Source: Eledone cirrhosa (taxonomy: Eukaryota). Taken from it: 64,000 nucleotides of DNA. The DNA lies in the NCBI GenBank assembly GCA_964016885.1, contig OZ024743.1, forward strand, positions 338,830,001 to 338,894,000, read 5' to 3'. How positions within the stretch are numbered: the stretch's first letter is position 1; every line of letters begins with the position of its first letter. The translations under genes and the position numbers were made by a program. This document shows positions 40,745 through 54,029 of the stretch, in pieces. The notes beneath the pieces were generated by a model. That model did not search any database and was not told where the DNA came from. It saw only the letters and a list, made by a program, of their open reading frames with translations.

Positions 40745-42280
40745 GCAACTATCTGCAATTAATCCAAGTGGATCTCTAAGTGAGACCAGCTGAGCCCATG
40801 GATGTTATCCAACCATCTTGCTCGGGGTCTATCCCTGGGTCTCCTGACAGTTAGTTTTTGCCTGTAAAATCTGTTCACTGATTCTTTCCTGGGACTTTCT
40901 AACCACATGTCTGTAATTTCTCAATTCAGAGAAGTAGCAGCTCAGTTGAGCACATAGCTCAGAGGAACCCCATTTCAGCTACTTGTATTCACTATCATTT
41001 TTGTTCGGTCATTACCCAAGATTCATGACCAAAAGTAACACAAATACCGAATTGAAGATAACTAGTTTGGATTTTACACCTACCTTCTTTCTTCTGATGA
41101 CTAAATGCTGCAGCTGTTGCATTACTGCACCAGCTCCTGCAATTCTTGCAGTTAATTCAGCCACCTGTCTTTTATCACTCGTGAAAAAAACCCAAGATAC
41201 TTGAACTTTTCCACCTGCCTCAGTGATATTCCACTCATATAGAGTGCACTGTGCAGACTTCTTTGAGAGGATGAATGTCTAAGTATTCACAACACTGATT
41301 CCTGCTGTGGAGCACTCGGCAGCAAACCTATCAAGTGCATGTTGGAGATCACTTTGTGATAAAGTACCATGTTGTCTGCAATTCCATCCTACTGACCCTA
41401 CACCCACCAGTCTTGATACCACTTCCTAACTAGCGACACATGTCAATCCTGCCTATTAAGAATAGGAGAGATGACAGAGCGCACTGTTGGCAGAGTTCAA
41501 CACCCACACTGAATTGTTTTGACTTAGCACCATTTATCTGAATACTAGATATTCATAGAGACAGCAAAAAGCTGTCTATCGATCAGATACTCCTACAGAA
41601 CCTTCCACAGCAGGTCCCGTGAAACTCGGTCATATGCCTTTTCAAAGTCTACAAAAACAAGAATACACTTCTTGGCAATACTTCCACAATTGCTCAGACC
41701 TGGCGCAGTGTTACTTGATCAGGTGTGCTGCATTCAAGGCAAAAACCAGTGATCATCAGCTAGCTTGGACTGGACTCAACAATCTCCCTACATCTCTTTA
41801 CCGGGGAGGCTTAACAAGGAGATCCCTCTATATTTGAATGAATCTCTGATCTCCTTTTTTGAAAATTGGGGTTATCACTCCCAATTACCATTGCTTATGT
41901 GCCTTTCCAGAGTTCCAAGCCACCTGGCATACAAGAGTTAGTCAGAAAATAATTTCTCTATTTAAGGCGAAATTTCATCCTCCACAGCAGCCTTGCTACA
42001 TTTGAGCTCTTTAATTGTTCTTGTGACTACAGCCTCCAAGAGGTTAGTCATCACTCCCTGATGCACCTCGTGTACATCAGAAGATGCTGTTGTGACCAGG
42101 CTTAGGAAATCAGCAAAATATTCTCTCTATCTTGCAAAGATGCACCTCTCTGAAGAGAGAACCCCAGATGCATTCCTGATAGCAGGCATGGAGGAGGACT
42201 CCTTATTATGAAATCAGCAGATGGTCTGTCAAAACACTTTATTTGCTGATCTAAAGTCTGATTCCAGCTCAACCTCAAAG
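40745..42280 (-). mobile_element. Degenerate LINE of a third RTE-like family
   Basis: Minus strand reads FVDFEKAYDRV and GVELCQQCALSSLL-like RT remnants; similar to 54030-55610 and 46590-46990. Confidence 0.7.
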
Positions 42281-43434
42281 AGCTAAGAGTGTCACCCGTT
42301 GTTCCATCTCCCCTGGCAGTTTATCACTGTTGCTTATTCGTCCGGCAGGAGCCCACTTATATCGCAACTAACCATCATATTTGGTAGCTATATTGCTATC
42401 CACCACCTGCGACCCGTTCTCAGGCAGAACAGCTCTGCCAAGAACAGTTAATGTTTGAATGTTTCAAATACTACGGTATTTCAAACATATTTATTAGAAA
42501 TGTTGAAATCCAAACACAGATTCGCTACAATGATAATAACATTAGAAATTGTGTAAAATACTCTTAGGAACAGAAAATAAAGATAACGCACACGGCCGAA
42601 ATTCAAGATATACACATCTCAATTCTGTGTAGTGGCTGCTGTGCACTTCTTTTCTGTCTCTAAGGGTATTTTACCCGAATTTCTAACGCTATGATCATTG
42701 TAACGAATGTGTTAGGGTTTCAACTTTTCTACTTTCAAATCATCCAAACGCCTCGATAAGGAAGTTATATATAAACAAGTCAAACATTTCCGTTGACCCT
42801 TGTGGTGTGCGACTGATTGACGCACTTGGTGGTGAATTGAAGTTTTTTTTCCCCTCTCACTATTTTTTTGAATTATATTTATAAGGTTCCTAGCAATAAT
42901 TAATTGTATTTATTATATATATATTTATATTTTCATTCTGTAAACATTATACTATTATATTAATAGAAAAGTAATAATCTTGATATTTTTGGTGATAAAT
43001 GATTATATTTATAAACATGTACATATATATATGATATGTTTCCAAATATAATGAGATACTCTCATATTTTGTTTGTTGTTATAAGTGTAAAGAAGTACCA
43101 CCGTTTCGTTAACATACTCGTCATGACCGCCGAAAAACTAGAAAAAAAATCAATGAAACAATCATTTTATTTGTTTCGTAACTAAGATAGAGTTTGAAAT
43201 TTAACCTTACAAAAAGTTAGATTTTATTTTAAATAGGAACCTTTTAAAATGAGTGGTTTTGTTTCATTGAAGCTGAACGAGTTTTGTATGAAAAAGGATG
43301 AAGCCTAGGCAAAATATCTTTTTCACTTACCTTAGTGCCAACGTGGGTTCTATATATATATTGTATATGTATAATGTGTATGTATACAAATAGAGTTAGA
43401 TATATGGGTATCTGTTGACTACGGAAGTTACTGT

Positions 43435-43487
<53 letters not shown>

Positions 43488-44539
43488 GAAAGGTATAGAA
43501 AGTATTTATCGTGACGTCACTGTTTAATTCTTAGTTTGTTATTGCTTACATACATATATACACACGTGTTGCATATTGTTGTTTGTATAGTCTTAGTATA
43601 ATATTAGTTATAGTATGTTTCTGAGTTGACGCACCAGGAGATAAAAGGAAACCTGCTACATATCTTAGAAATATGAAGAATAGACAAATAAACTTTCAGT
43701 TTCATTTTATAGGTGATGTTTCTATTTCATTTTCATGAAACTCCCGCGAACCTGTTGCATTCGGCGACAGACCCAAGTTTCGTTGTCTGACAAGCTGTTG
43801 AAGTATCGGCTGTTCGCATAAGGTTTGTCGTTAAATTTCCTGTTTTGGTGGAGACTGATGCTGTCCTAGACCCCCGAACTTATAGCGGTGGAGACTTCTG
43901 GAATTCTTGATCCCCAAACTACCCCTCTATACGCTGCTATCGGGATGGATTTAGCCACCAGCAGGAGTGAGTTCTGTGAGATGGAATGGCTATTTCAATG
44001 CACCCCTCTTCGCTATATTCCAGGGTAACACTTCTCTATTCTGTTCGATGAGACCACGAGACAGCCTTTGCTAAGGATTCTGCACGTCGGAGAGCATTCT
44101 CCCACACTTCGGGCGTATATCCAGCAATTTAAGGAAGGGACGATTCGATTAGATCGAGACGAGTATGTGTCTGGTACATTATCTTATCGACCCCAGAAAG
44201 ATGAAAGGCAAAGTTGACATCGGTGGGATTTTGACTCTGAATGTAAAGAGATGTAACTAAATACCACAAGACATTTTCTCTCTCTTTTCTTTTTTTGTTT
44301 GCTTTTTTATTACAATAATAAAACCATTCACTATCTCGATTATTTCTCTGATGTCCTTCCATACTTACATATTATGAACGCTAATTTTTAAGATGAGTGT
44401 TTGGCAGTTATGCCTAATAATTTACAAATATAACTCACAAATGAAATAATTTAGGAATAAAAAAAATATTCACGAACATAGAAAATAATTTTCAAATAAA
44501 AAAAATAGAAAAAGTATATTTTACGAACAAAAATCAATA

Positions 44540-44640
44540 ACACAAAATGAAATCACCCGGTTATGTCGAGTCGTGAACGGACCGGAAGTAAGTGTGCGAT
44601 AACTCTTGTTTCTCTTCAATGGTTTTGACAGTCACTTTCC
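44540..44640. promoter_or_regulatory. Putative promoter with ETS/GABP-type motif, between divergent genes
   Basis: ACCGGAAGT at 44581-44589 in a locally CpG-rich stretch just upstream of the 44760 ATG; CRE palindrome GTGACGTCAC at 43511-43520. Confidence 0.4.
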
Positions 44641-44759
44641 ATCTATGTTGAACACCGGTTGATCATCGGAAGAATATAATATACAGGCCATATATTCACA
44701 GTTTGTCTACAAACATTACCACCCCAGGGCTCTTTTTCCTGGACAATGGCCAGGTAAAA

Positions 44760-47700
44760 ATGGCAACGACAGGTGATCAAGATATAGTAGCTGAGGATAT
44801 TAGCCTCCTCGCCACTGAACAGTCGACGGCGACTCCAACAGCTGTAACCGAACTGGTGGTTATACCTCAACAACAGTTGTCAACCGCCTCGTCCACTGAT
44901 GTCCTGGCAGCCTCGGCTACTGTCATCTCTACAGGCACACTTGAACAACAACATGAGCAGAGCTCGGACAAAATTAGCGAAGATTTACTGGTGAGTAAGG
45001 CTCTTATTGAAATTGGTGCCAACGAAGCTTGTCGAGATTTACTCAATGCCGGTGACGAATTCGAAGATTTCTCTGCTCTGTCTTCAGCTATAGCGGCTGT
45101 CTGTAAGCTGACAAATGCTGTCTTCACCATTCATGACTGCCAAACAATTGCCAAAGCTAATAGATCGCGATGTGTCAAAGTCGAACCATTAGACGAGAAA
45201 TTCAAATACAAATATGTCAAATATGTTTGTAAACAGTTTGGTTATTCAAGACGACGGAGTGTGCCAGGCATACGACCCAACCAACGGTATTTCGACCCAC
45301 TTCTTTACAATCTCTTCTTCTTTTACTAATTTCAGTGTCATATCCAACCCAGCACTTTATTTTATCAATATATGTTTATAGAACGAAATCTAAAACCGTT
45401 GTAAACATAAATGCAAACGCACGTACACACAATAGTAGTAGTAGTAGTAGTAGCAGGGTGATTTAAGAACTGGAAAGGGGGACGGGAAAAGCTTCATTAT
45501 GAATATGACAAAAGTATTTAAGTGAAAGATCAACGCCGAGAGCAGAGGGCAAAACATCAGCATTCCTGAGTGATGGCAGTGAAGTTGTTACAACATCACG
45601 ATTCTGATGATGGCTGTATGGATAATGCGAAAAATTGCTGCTTGGCGCTGCCTGAAGGAGTGATGCCATTAGAAGTTGCTGAAGTCGTTGAGATCTCCAG
45701 TCGACAGAAGAGGTTATGACCTGTTGTCCATGCAAACTTGTGTGTTGATGACCTAGTTTTTATAGCTGAATTTGTGGAAAAGCTAGAGAAGGAATTTCTG
45801 GAGTGTTAACAGAACCTAGAATAAAAAACGGTGGAGACTTCCGCTCTTCTTAGCCCCCGGAACCACATCCCCACTCACTGTTGTCGGAACGGAGTTGGTC
45901 TTCCGCAAGTTCGAGCCCCACGAAGTGGAGTGGTTGTTCCAGCGCGTTTCCCTCGCCGTCCACCGGGGCAATGTATTTTCCATTCTGTCAGCCGGATGCG
46001 GAGGTTGAGGATATTAGTTTGGACATCATTTTCTCTCTATTTATTTAAAAATCTCTTCAAAGGCAGTGCTCACATTCTATTACTGAACCAAAAGTGCCAA
46101 GAGTAAACTTAGCAAAGACCAAAGTTTTAGTAAGTTGGAAGAAAGATAATGTGTTCAATATATAGAGAATTAGTTAGGAACTCTATACGAATTACACTGT
46201 AAAATAACATACAAATACACACACACACACAACTGGGTGCATTTTACCAGCACTACCACTTACAGTGTGTACTGGCACTATCACATAATAATTGTTTCTA
46301 CTTTTGGCACAAGGCCAGCAACTACCCAGTGTATTACTGGTACTTTATTTTATCGACCCCGTAAGGATGAAAGGCAAAGTTAACCTTGGCGCAATTTTGG
46401 TGAAAAGTGAAAGTAGATTATATCGATCCCAGTAATTGACTGGTACTTTATTTTATTGACCTTGGAAGGATGAAAGGCAAAGTTAACCACAGCAGGATTC
46501 GAACTCAGAATGTAAAGAGCCAGAACAAAGATCTCAAGTCATTTTTTCCAACACTCTAATGACTCTGCCAATCTACTGTCTTTATAGTTCTTATTCTTGA
46601 GAGTGTTGTGGGGGCAGAGTCCTCAAACACTCCTTCCGCTGGGTCCTGTCAGAAGCAACCGTCCCCAACTGATACGGCTGGATTCCCAAGTGAGACCAGC
46701 CAAGCTCACGGATGTTATCCAACCATCTTCCTTGGGGTCTACCCCTGGGTCTCTTTTTGAGTTGGTTTTGCCTGTGAAATCTGTCCAGCGATTCTTTCCT
46801 GAGATATTCTAACCACATGTCCATAGTATCAGAGCTGTGATCTCTCAATTCAGAGAAGTAATGGCTCTACCTGAAGCAACTCTCTGATCTCTGAGCTACA
46901 CACAGTCAAGTAGTCAAGTAACGTTACTCCAAAGACATTTTGGAGGAACCCCATTTCAGCCGTTTGTATTTGCGATTATATTCTTTCTGTCAGTATAGTT
47001 CTAATAATAATAATCTGTTTTCTCTTTGACTTGTAGAACCTACAAAACTGGCTGTCCTGCACTGATTGCTGCGTCTGTGGATCGAGAGAAACAGAGGATG
47101 GTGATACGTACCATCAACTTGAACCACTCACACCAGATGTTAGGCCACATGTACCCTGAGAACCGGCGGCAGTCATTGACACCCAACGTCCTCACTGAGA
47201 CCTATCGGCTCATCGATATTGGCATGAAAACTAAGAACATCCGCGAGTACATCTGTAATGTGACCGGCAAACAGCTGACCACAAGGGACATTAATAATAT
47301 GAAAGCCAAACGAAAAAAAGAACTCACACCTCCTCTAAATCACAACACCAGCAACATTGTCAACAACAACATTCATAATAATAATAATAATAATAACAAC
47401 AGCATAGTCAGTCGTAATGACGGACACCACACAAAGAAAAGGAAACGAGGGACACATGATATAGTAAATTATTATTTTTTGTGGAATTTCATTTTTACTC
47501 CTGTGTGTACCCAGTTTACAAAGACACTGTATCCCTGCATGTATCTGGTTTAGAATAGGTATACTGTATCCCTGTCTGTATTTGGTTTAGAATAGGTACA
47601 CTGTATCCCTGTCTGTATTTGGTTTAGAATAGGTACACTGTATCCCTGTCTGTATCTGATTTAGAATAGGTACACTGTATCCCTGTCTGTATCTGGTTTA

Positions 47701-50700
47701 GAATAGGTACACTGTATCCCTGTCTGTATTTGGTTTAGAATAGGTACACTGTATCCCTGACTGTATTTGGTTTAGAATAGGTACACTGTATCCCTGTCTG
47801 TATCTGGTTTAGAATAGGTACACTGTATCCCTGTCTGAATCAAGTTTAGAATAGGTACACTGTATCCCTGCATGTATCTCGTTTAGAATAGGTACACTGT
47901 ATCCCAGTGTATCTGGTTTAGAATAGGTACACTGTATCTCTGTGTGTATTTGGTTGAGAATAGGTACACTGTATCCCTGTGTATCTGGTTTAGTATAGGT
48001 ACACCATATCCTTGAGTCTGTCTGGTTTAGAATAGGTACACCATATCCCTGTGTGTAGCTAGTTTAGAATTAGTACACTATATCCCTGTTTCTATCAGGT
48101 ATACCTACTATATAGAAGTCAAACTCATTGGCTTATACATACATCTATAAGACTAGAGTTTGATTTTAGGGATATTTGGCTGGTATTTCTATCAAGTCTA
48201 ACAACCATGTAGAGGTCTTCTTCATTGACTTATATATACATAAGACAGAAAGGTGACATTTGAGGAAAATTTGGTAGCTATTTCTATAAAGTTTAACTAA
48301 CATGTAGATGTCTCCTTTGTTGTCTCATACATACATAGACAATAGGGTGTGATTTGAGAGGGATTAGGCTTCTATTTCTAGTATAATAACCATATAGAGG
48401 ACTCTCTTATTGTCTCATTCCAACAGTGTTTCTCTTTCCTCTCTCTCCCCTCACTTCAAATATTCACTGATTCCCTGACATAACATTATTTTGCAGGAAG
48501 TAACATCTCCAATATCTAGCCATGTGTTTGATATTTCCAAAGGTCTACCAGCAATTGGTGTTCCTGTTTTACTATTTATTCAGATAGAGAAACGATCCTG
48601 GAAACTGCTTCAGAAAAGGTAAGAAACTTTCTTGAGTCTTTTGTTGAACTTTTCTGTTGAAACTACTCATTGCTTTGTTTAGTTTTAAGTTTGTACTGGT
48701 TCATACCGGTTTGGTTTAGTTCGAACTTGTCCGTACTGGTCTGATTTTGTGTGGACAATTTAATACTGGTCTTGACTGGTCCATACTGGTTTGGTTTAAT
48801 TTGACAGGTCATACTGGTCTGGACTGGTCTATACATGCTTGGACTAGTTCATACAGGTTTAGTTTGTCTGATTCATACTTATCTGAACCAGTTCATACTC
48901 GTTTTGTTTAGATTCATCCATACTGAACTGATTTTGTCTTGACTGGTTCATACTGATCTGGTTTAGTTTGGGCTCAAATTGCTGGCCTTGTGCCTAAATT
49001 AAAAACCATTATTATAATAATAATTTACTGATCCGTGGATCAGACCAAGGAAACTATATTCCCATTGGTCTTTTCCACTGCTGATACTATCTGACATATG
49101 GAGGTGAGATTGCACTGAAAACACACTGAGCCTATTCAGATACCACAAAGTACCCTAACTAACTTTTTTTTAATCCTGCCGATCCACTGCTTCTAGATTT
49201 TATTGATCCCTAAAGAATGAAAGGTAAAGTTGACCTTGGTTTATATTTGAACATAGAGTGCAAGAACAAATACCAAAAGCTCTAATAACTCTGCCAATTA
49301 TTATTATTAATAATTTCAGACAGAATGCAAACTATTCGCCTTTTGCCTAAATTAAAATTCTTATCATTATAAGGATGAGTAGAGCATCGGACAATAGGAT
49401 GTATAGTATTTGTTTCAGCCATTTACATTCTGAGTTCAAATCTTGCTGAGGTTAGCTTTGCCTTTCATCCTTGCGGGGTTGATTTAATTGACTGCCTCCC
49501 CTTCCTTCAAAATTGTTGGCCTTGTGGCAAAAGTAGAAACAATTCATCATCATCATTTTACATCTGCTTTTCCCTGCTTGCAAGTGTGCGACGGCAACTG
49601 ATTTTGGCTTATTGATTTTTATTCATTATTATTCCATTGTTGCCTCTCTTTTATTTTCATTAAACCTGTTTCTACGCACACACATATACACACTCGCACT
49701 CAATGTTTTGTTCTATGCTGTCCTTAATGTTTCCTTCATGTAAATCCTTTGTGGTTAATAATGATGAAATCATCATTATTATTGTTAGGAAGAAGGGTGG
49801 TGAATTGGCAGAATCGGTAGAGCGTTGTACAAAGGATTAGCTGTATTTGTTCGGCTCATTACATTCTGAGTTCAAAGCCTGCTGAGGTTAGCTTTGCATT
49901 TCATCCTTTCAGGGTCGATAAAATAAAGTACCAGTAATGCACTGGGGTCAATTTAATCGACTTTCCTCTCCCTGAAAATTGTTGGCTTTGTGCTCAAATC
50001 GGAAACCGTGGATTGGCAGTATTGGTAGCGGGTTGAACGCCATGCTTTGACTCGTAGAGTTACGACACTTGCCATTCTGAGTTCAAATCCCGCCAAGATT
50101 AACTTTGCCTTTCATCCTTACGGGGTCGATAAAATAAAGTACCAGTAATGTACTGGGTAATTGCTGGCCTTGTGCCAAAAGTAGAAACAATTATTATTGT
50201 TAAGGGCAGTGGACTTGCAGTATTGGTAGAGCATCGGACGCCATGCTTTGCAGCATAGTTACGCCCCTTTACGGTCTGAGTTCAAATCCCGCTGAGGTTA
50301 ACTTTGCCTTTCATCCTTACGAGGTCGATAAAATAAAGCACCAATAATGCACTGGGATAATTGCTGGCCTTGTGCTAAAAGTAGAAACTGTTATTATTGT
50401 TAGGAAGACAATGGATTTTCAGAGTCGTTAAAGTATTGTAAAAGCTGCCTTATGCATAAATTATATCTTATTAATTATTTCTGTATTTCCTCTGTATTTC
50501 TCACAGTGCCAGCAGCATTGATGGCCACGTTACATTCCTTGCTGGACAGAAAATTGTTAAGACAACTGTGTATAAGCTACTCTTTGATACAGAATCTTAT
50601 TTCAAAATCACTGACCAGTCAGCTTTTTATCCTTACATTGAGGTAAGGAAATCTTTGTTTATTGTCTGTGTGTGTGTGTGTGTGTGTGGCTGTCTCTGTG

Positions 50701-51143
50701 TCTGTGTGTGTGTGTATCTGAGTCTCAGTGTGTTTGAGTTTGTATGTGTGTGTGAGTATATCTGTGTTATATGTGTGTGTGTGTTTTTGTGTGATTATTG
50801 AAGTAATGGTGTGGGGATTGGTTCATTGGTAGGGGTAGTGGTTACAGTGGTGTAATACTGTAGTGTAGATAGTAGAACAGTGGTGTAGTAAGGGTAGTGG
50901 TGAAATAATTAGGTGAGGTTTACCTATTACTAATAAAGTCTATTGATTAATAAAATATATTTATTTACTTTGCAGCTGGTATTCCAGGTAATGGACCCAA
51001 CATTGATACATCATATTCCCATTCAGATCAGCCCTCACAGCTATTCCTGCCACAGGGAACTCCTCCAGCCACACCTCGGTGTAACCTCATCTTTTTCCCA
51101 GATGTCACCATCACCCATATCTCCCGTGCCACTGATATCGTGA
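44760..51143 (+). CDS. MULE-derived zinc DNA-binding domain (ZSWIM3_N/FAR1-like) fused to a degenerate HIU hydrolase/transthyretin domain, 459 aa (exons 44760-45286, 47037-47463, 48497-48618, 50507-50642, 50976-51143)
   Basis: All introns GT-AG and phase-consistent (1380 nt total). N-part: GDEFEDFSAL...YKYVKYVCKQFG...RPNQR-TYKTGCPA...NHSH...YPENRR...TGKQLTTRDINN. C-part: SPISSHVFDISKGLPAIGVPV...DGH...YKLLFDTESYF...FYPYIE-LVFQV...HHIPIQISPHSYS. Confidence 0.8.
47525..48090. repeat. 37-bp minisatellite, about 15 copies, in intron 2 of the fusion gene
   Basis: Unit ggtacactgtatccctgtctgtatttggtttagaata. Confidence 0.92.
48497..51060 (+). CDS. 5-hydroxyisourate hydrolase/transthyretin-like domain (three exons)
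   Basis: TTR/HIUase signature segments HVFD.SKGLPA.GV.V, YKLLFDT.SYF, FYPYIE.VF, HIPI.ISP.SYS; phase-2 and phase-0 introns at the canonical TTR/HIUase positions. Confidence 0.9.
49795..50390 (+). mobile_element. Three tandem Meta-domain-like SINEs (family also at ~3825-4450, 20385-20500, 46290-46575, 52890-53105)
   Basis: ggattggcag..ggtagagc head, GAGTTCAAATCC B box, GCCTTTCATCCTT.CGGGGTCGATAAAATAAAGTACCAG core. Confidence 0.75.
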
Positions 51144-51735
51144 GAATGTCACAACTGTTACACCTCCAGATACAACACAGATGGTCCTCACTCTTAACTT
51201 AACTGTTCCCCAGATGTCACCATCACCAACATCTGCTCTGTTGTTGCTCTCATGAGTGTATTGCTACTGTTACACCTCCAGATACAACACAGTCCTCACT
51301 TTCACTCAAATGTTCCTGCAGATGTCACATCTCCTGCATTGCTGATACTATGAGAATGTCACAATTGTTACACTGTCAGATACAACACAGTCCTCACTTT
51401 CACTCAAGTGTTCTTGCAGATGTCACATCTCCTGCATTGCTGATATTATAAGAATGTCACAATTTTTACACTTCCAGATACAACACAGATATTCCTCACT
51501 CACTCATCTGTTCCCCAGATGTCACCATCACCAACATCTGCTGCATTGTTACCACTGTTATACCCCCAGATACAATACAGTCCTCACTCCCACTCAGCTA
51601 TTACCACATCACTTGCGTCTCTGATATAACGAGAGTGTCGCTATTGTTAAACCTCCAGATACATCACAATCCTCACTTTCACTCGAGTGTTTTCCAGATG
51701 TCACATCACTTGCGTCTCTGATATTATTACACCTG
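51095..51735. repeat. Degenerate ~110-120 bp tandem repeat overlapping the end of the fusion CDS
   Basis: cagatgtcac...gagaatgtcacaa.tgttacacctccagatacaacacagtcctcact repeated about 6 times. Confidence 0.85.
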
Positions 51736-54029
51736 TGTGGCACCTTGGGTAAGTGTCCTCTAATAGCCATACATTGTAAAATTTGGTTGACAGAAACTGC
51801 AGAAGCCCATTGTGTGTATATATATATATGTGTGTGTATACACATATACATGCACACACACGTGTGTAGTTATATTTGTGTTTATATCCTGTAACTTGCA
51901 GTTTGACAAATACAGATTGATAAAATAAATACCAGCCTTCAAAAAATATGTACTGGGTCGAAATGAGTGACTAAATCTATTTATGGTAGTTGCCCCAGCA
52001 TGGCCGCAGTCTAATGACTGAAACCAGTAAAAGAAATAAATAGGTACCTGAGAAAAATCTGCCACATCTTCTGACCTAACAAAGTATCAAATAAGGAAGT
52101 GTATCACATGGTTGATTGCAATATTGTGGCCTTTGGATATAAAACCCCAATATGCTGAGGTAGTTAGGCCACACACAGACAGAAAAAGTGAGGATACTCT
52201 AGGACAGAATGCTAATGGTAGTATTAACTTTAACACCCTGTAATGATTTAGCAGAAAATATTTTAAAATGGATTTATTTATTCAAATATTTATAGTATCT
52301 TTACTAGTGGACAAACACATACACAAACACACTCTCTACTTCCACATAAAATAAAGAAATTGAGGTTTATTTAAATTATTCTTCCACTGCAAAGACAAAT
52401 GAGAAAAGAAAAAAGAAATAAGAGAAGTTCTTTTGTGTGAATTTCCTTAACCCTTTAGCATTACTTTATATTTACTATTATATTTTCACGGTAAAGGCTT
52501 TACCTTACATAATTATCTCACATAATATCGAATCTATGAGATTTTGAGAACAATACCTTAACATCAGTATAAGTGGTCAGTTAAAGCTGGTGTGAACAGA
52601 AAGAGATGAAAGAGTTCTGGCTGTTATGACCCTTACACTAATTTCTTGCCAAAATGACCCCTCTCCATCTCTCTTTAATACTCATTCAACTTTTTGAAGC
52701 TGGAGGTCAATAACTCTGATTAAATACTGATGTTCTCTTTGACACTCTGTCCAACCCTTATTTGCAAGGAAAATGGATATTAAATGATGATGATGCACAA
52801 ATCCCAAAACAATTTCAATCAGGATGACTGAATTTTGTTGTTATTGTAATCCTTGATATCTGCTGATATTAATAAACCTATTATTTAGGGCAGTGGGTTG
52901 GCAGAATCGGTAGAGCATCAACAAAATGCCTTGCAGTATTTAGTTAGAGCTTTTTATGTTCTGCATTCAAATCCCACCAAAGTTAACTTTATCTTTCATC
53001 CTTCCGGTGTTGATGAAATAAAGTACCAGTCATGTACTGGGGTTGATTTACTTGACTGACTCCCCTTCCCCAAAAAATGTGTGGCCCTGTGCCTATGTTA
53101 AAAACAATTCATGATCCTATTAACCTGAAATATATACAGAAAAAATTTATTTTACTTTCTCAAAGAAATTGAAGAAGAAAGAGAAAATGTGTTATTGTTT
53201 TTGTTGTTTAAATATATTTTATATATAAAAATTGAAGAAAAAAAAAACAAATGGTTCATTTCTTTATATATATAAACACTTTCACACATAAATGTAATAT
53301 ATATTTATAGATAATAGTGTTTTACTAGAAAGCTACATCAATGCAAGTGGGACATTAAATATTAAAAATAATGGTAACAAAGGTAAAGGATTATTAAATA
53401 TCTGCAAATATTAAGGACTGTTAAACAAATTCAAGATAACATTCCAACATCTTTTTAACATGTAATGTCCTATTTGCATTGCTCTAAGCTTCTAATAAAA
53501 CACACTATTCTTTCTCTATATATATACTCACACACATATTTATATTATGTTATATTATTTATTTATGTTCATACATGGAACACAGACACTACCCAAGGTT
53601 TCAAGGCTCTGAATTGGCAAAGTCATTAGAACGTCAGATATACATACAGATAGAGCCTCACTGTCTGAATAAGATGCACCTATTCTAAACCAAGATACAC
53701 AGGAATTCAGTGTACCTATTCTAAACCAGATACACATAGAAATAGTACCAACTCTTCTAGTCACCTCTTACAACACACAGAGATGTGGTGTACTGATTCT
53801 AGACTAGATACAGAGATTGTAACGACTCTTTCAGTCACTTATGACATGGGAATAATAGCTCTGATTAAGTACTGACTTCATCTGTGACAACCCAACTAAC
53901 CCTTGTCAACATGGAAAAATAAGCACACATTTGATGATGATGTTGCAGCTGAAGTACATTTTGATCACAAGTTCACTGGATCTGAGCTGACCTGGGGATT
54001 AAACAACTATGAAAAAAGGCTTCATCATC

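Noticed and set aside
45500-45720. Possible intronic snoRNA or extra exon in the fusion gene
   Set aside because: No consistent C/D box pair with terminal stem and no phase-compatible splice sites
44703-47553. Autonomous Mutator transposon
   Set aside because: No DDE domain, SWIM finger, TIRs or TSD seen; better explained as domesticated exons
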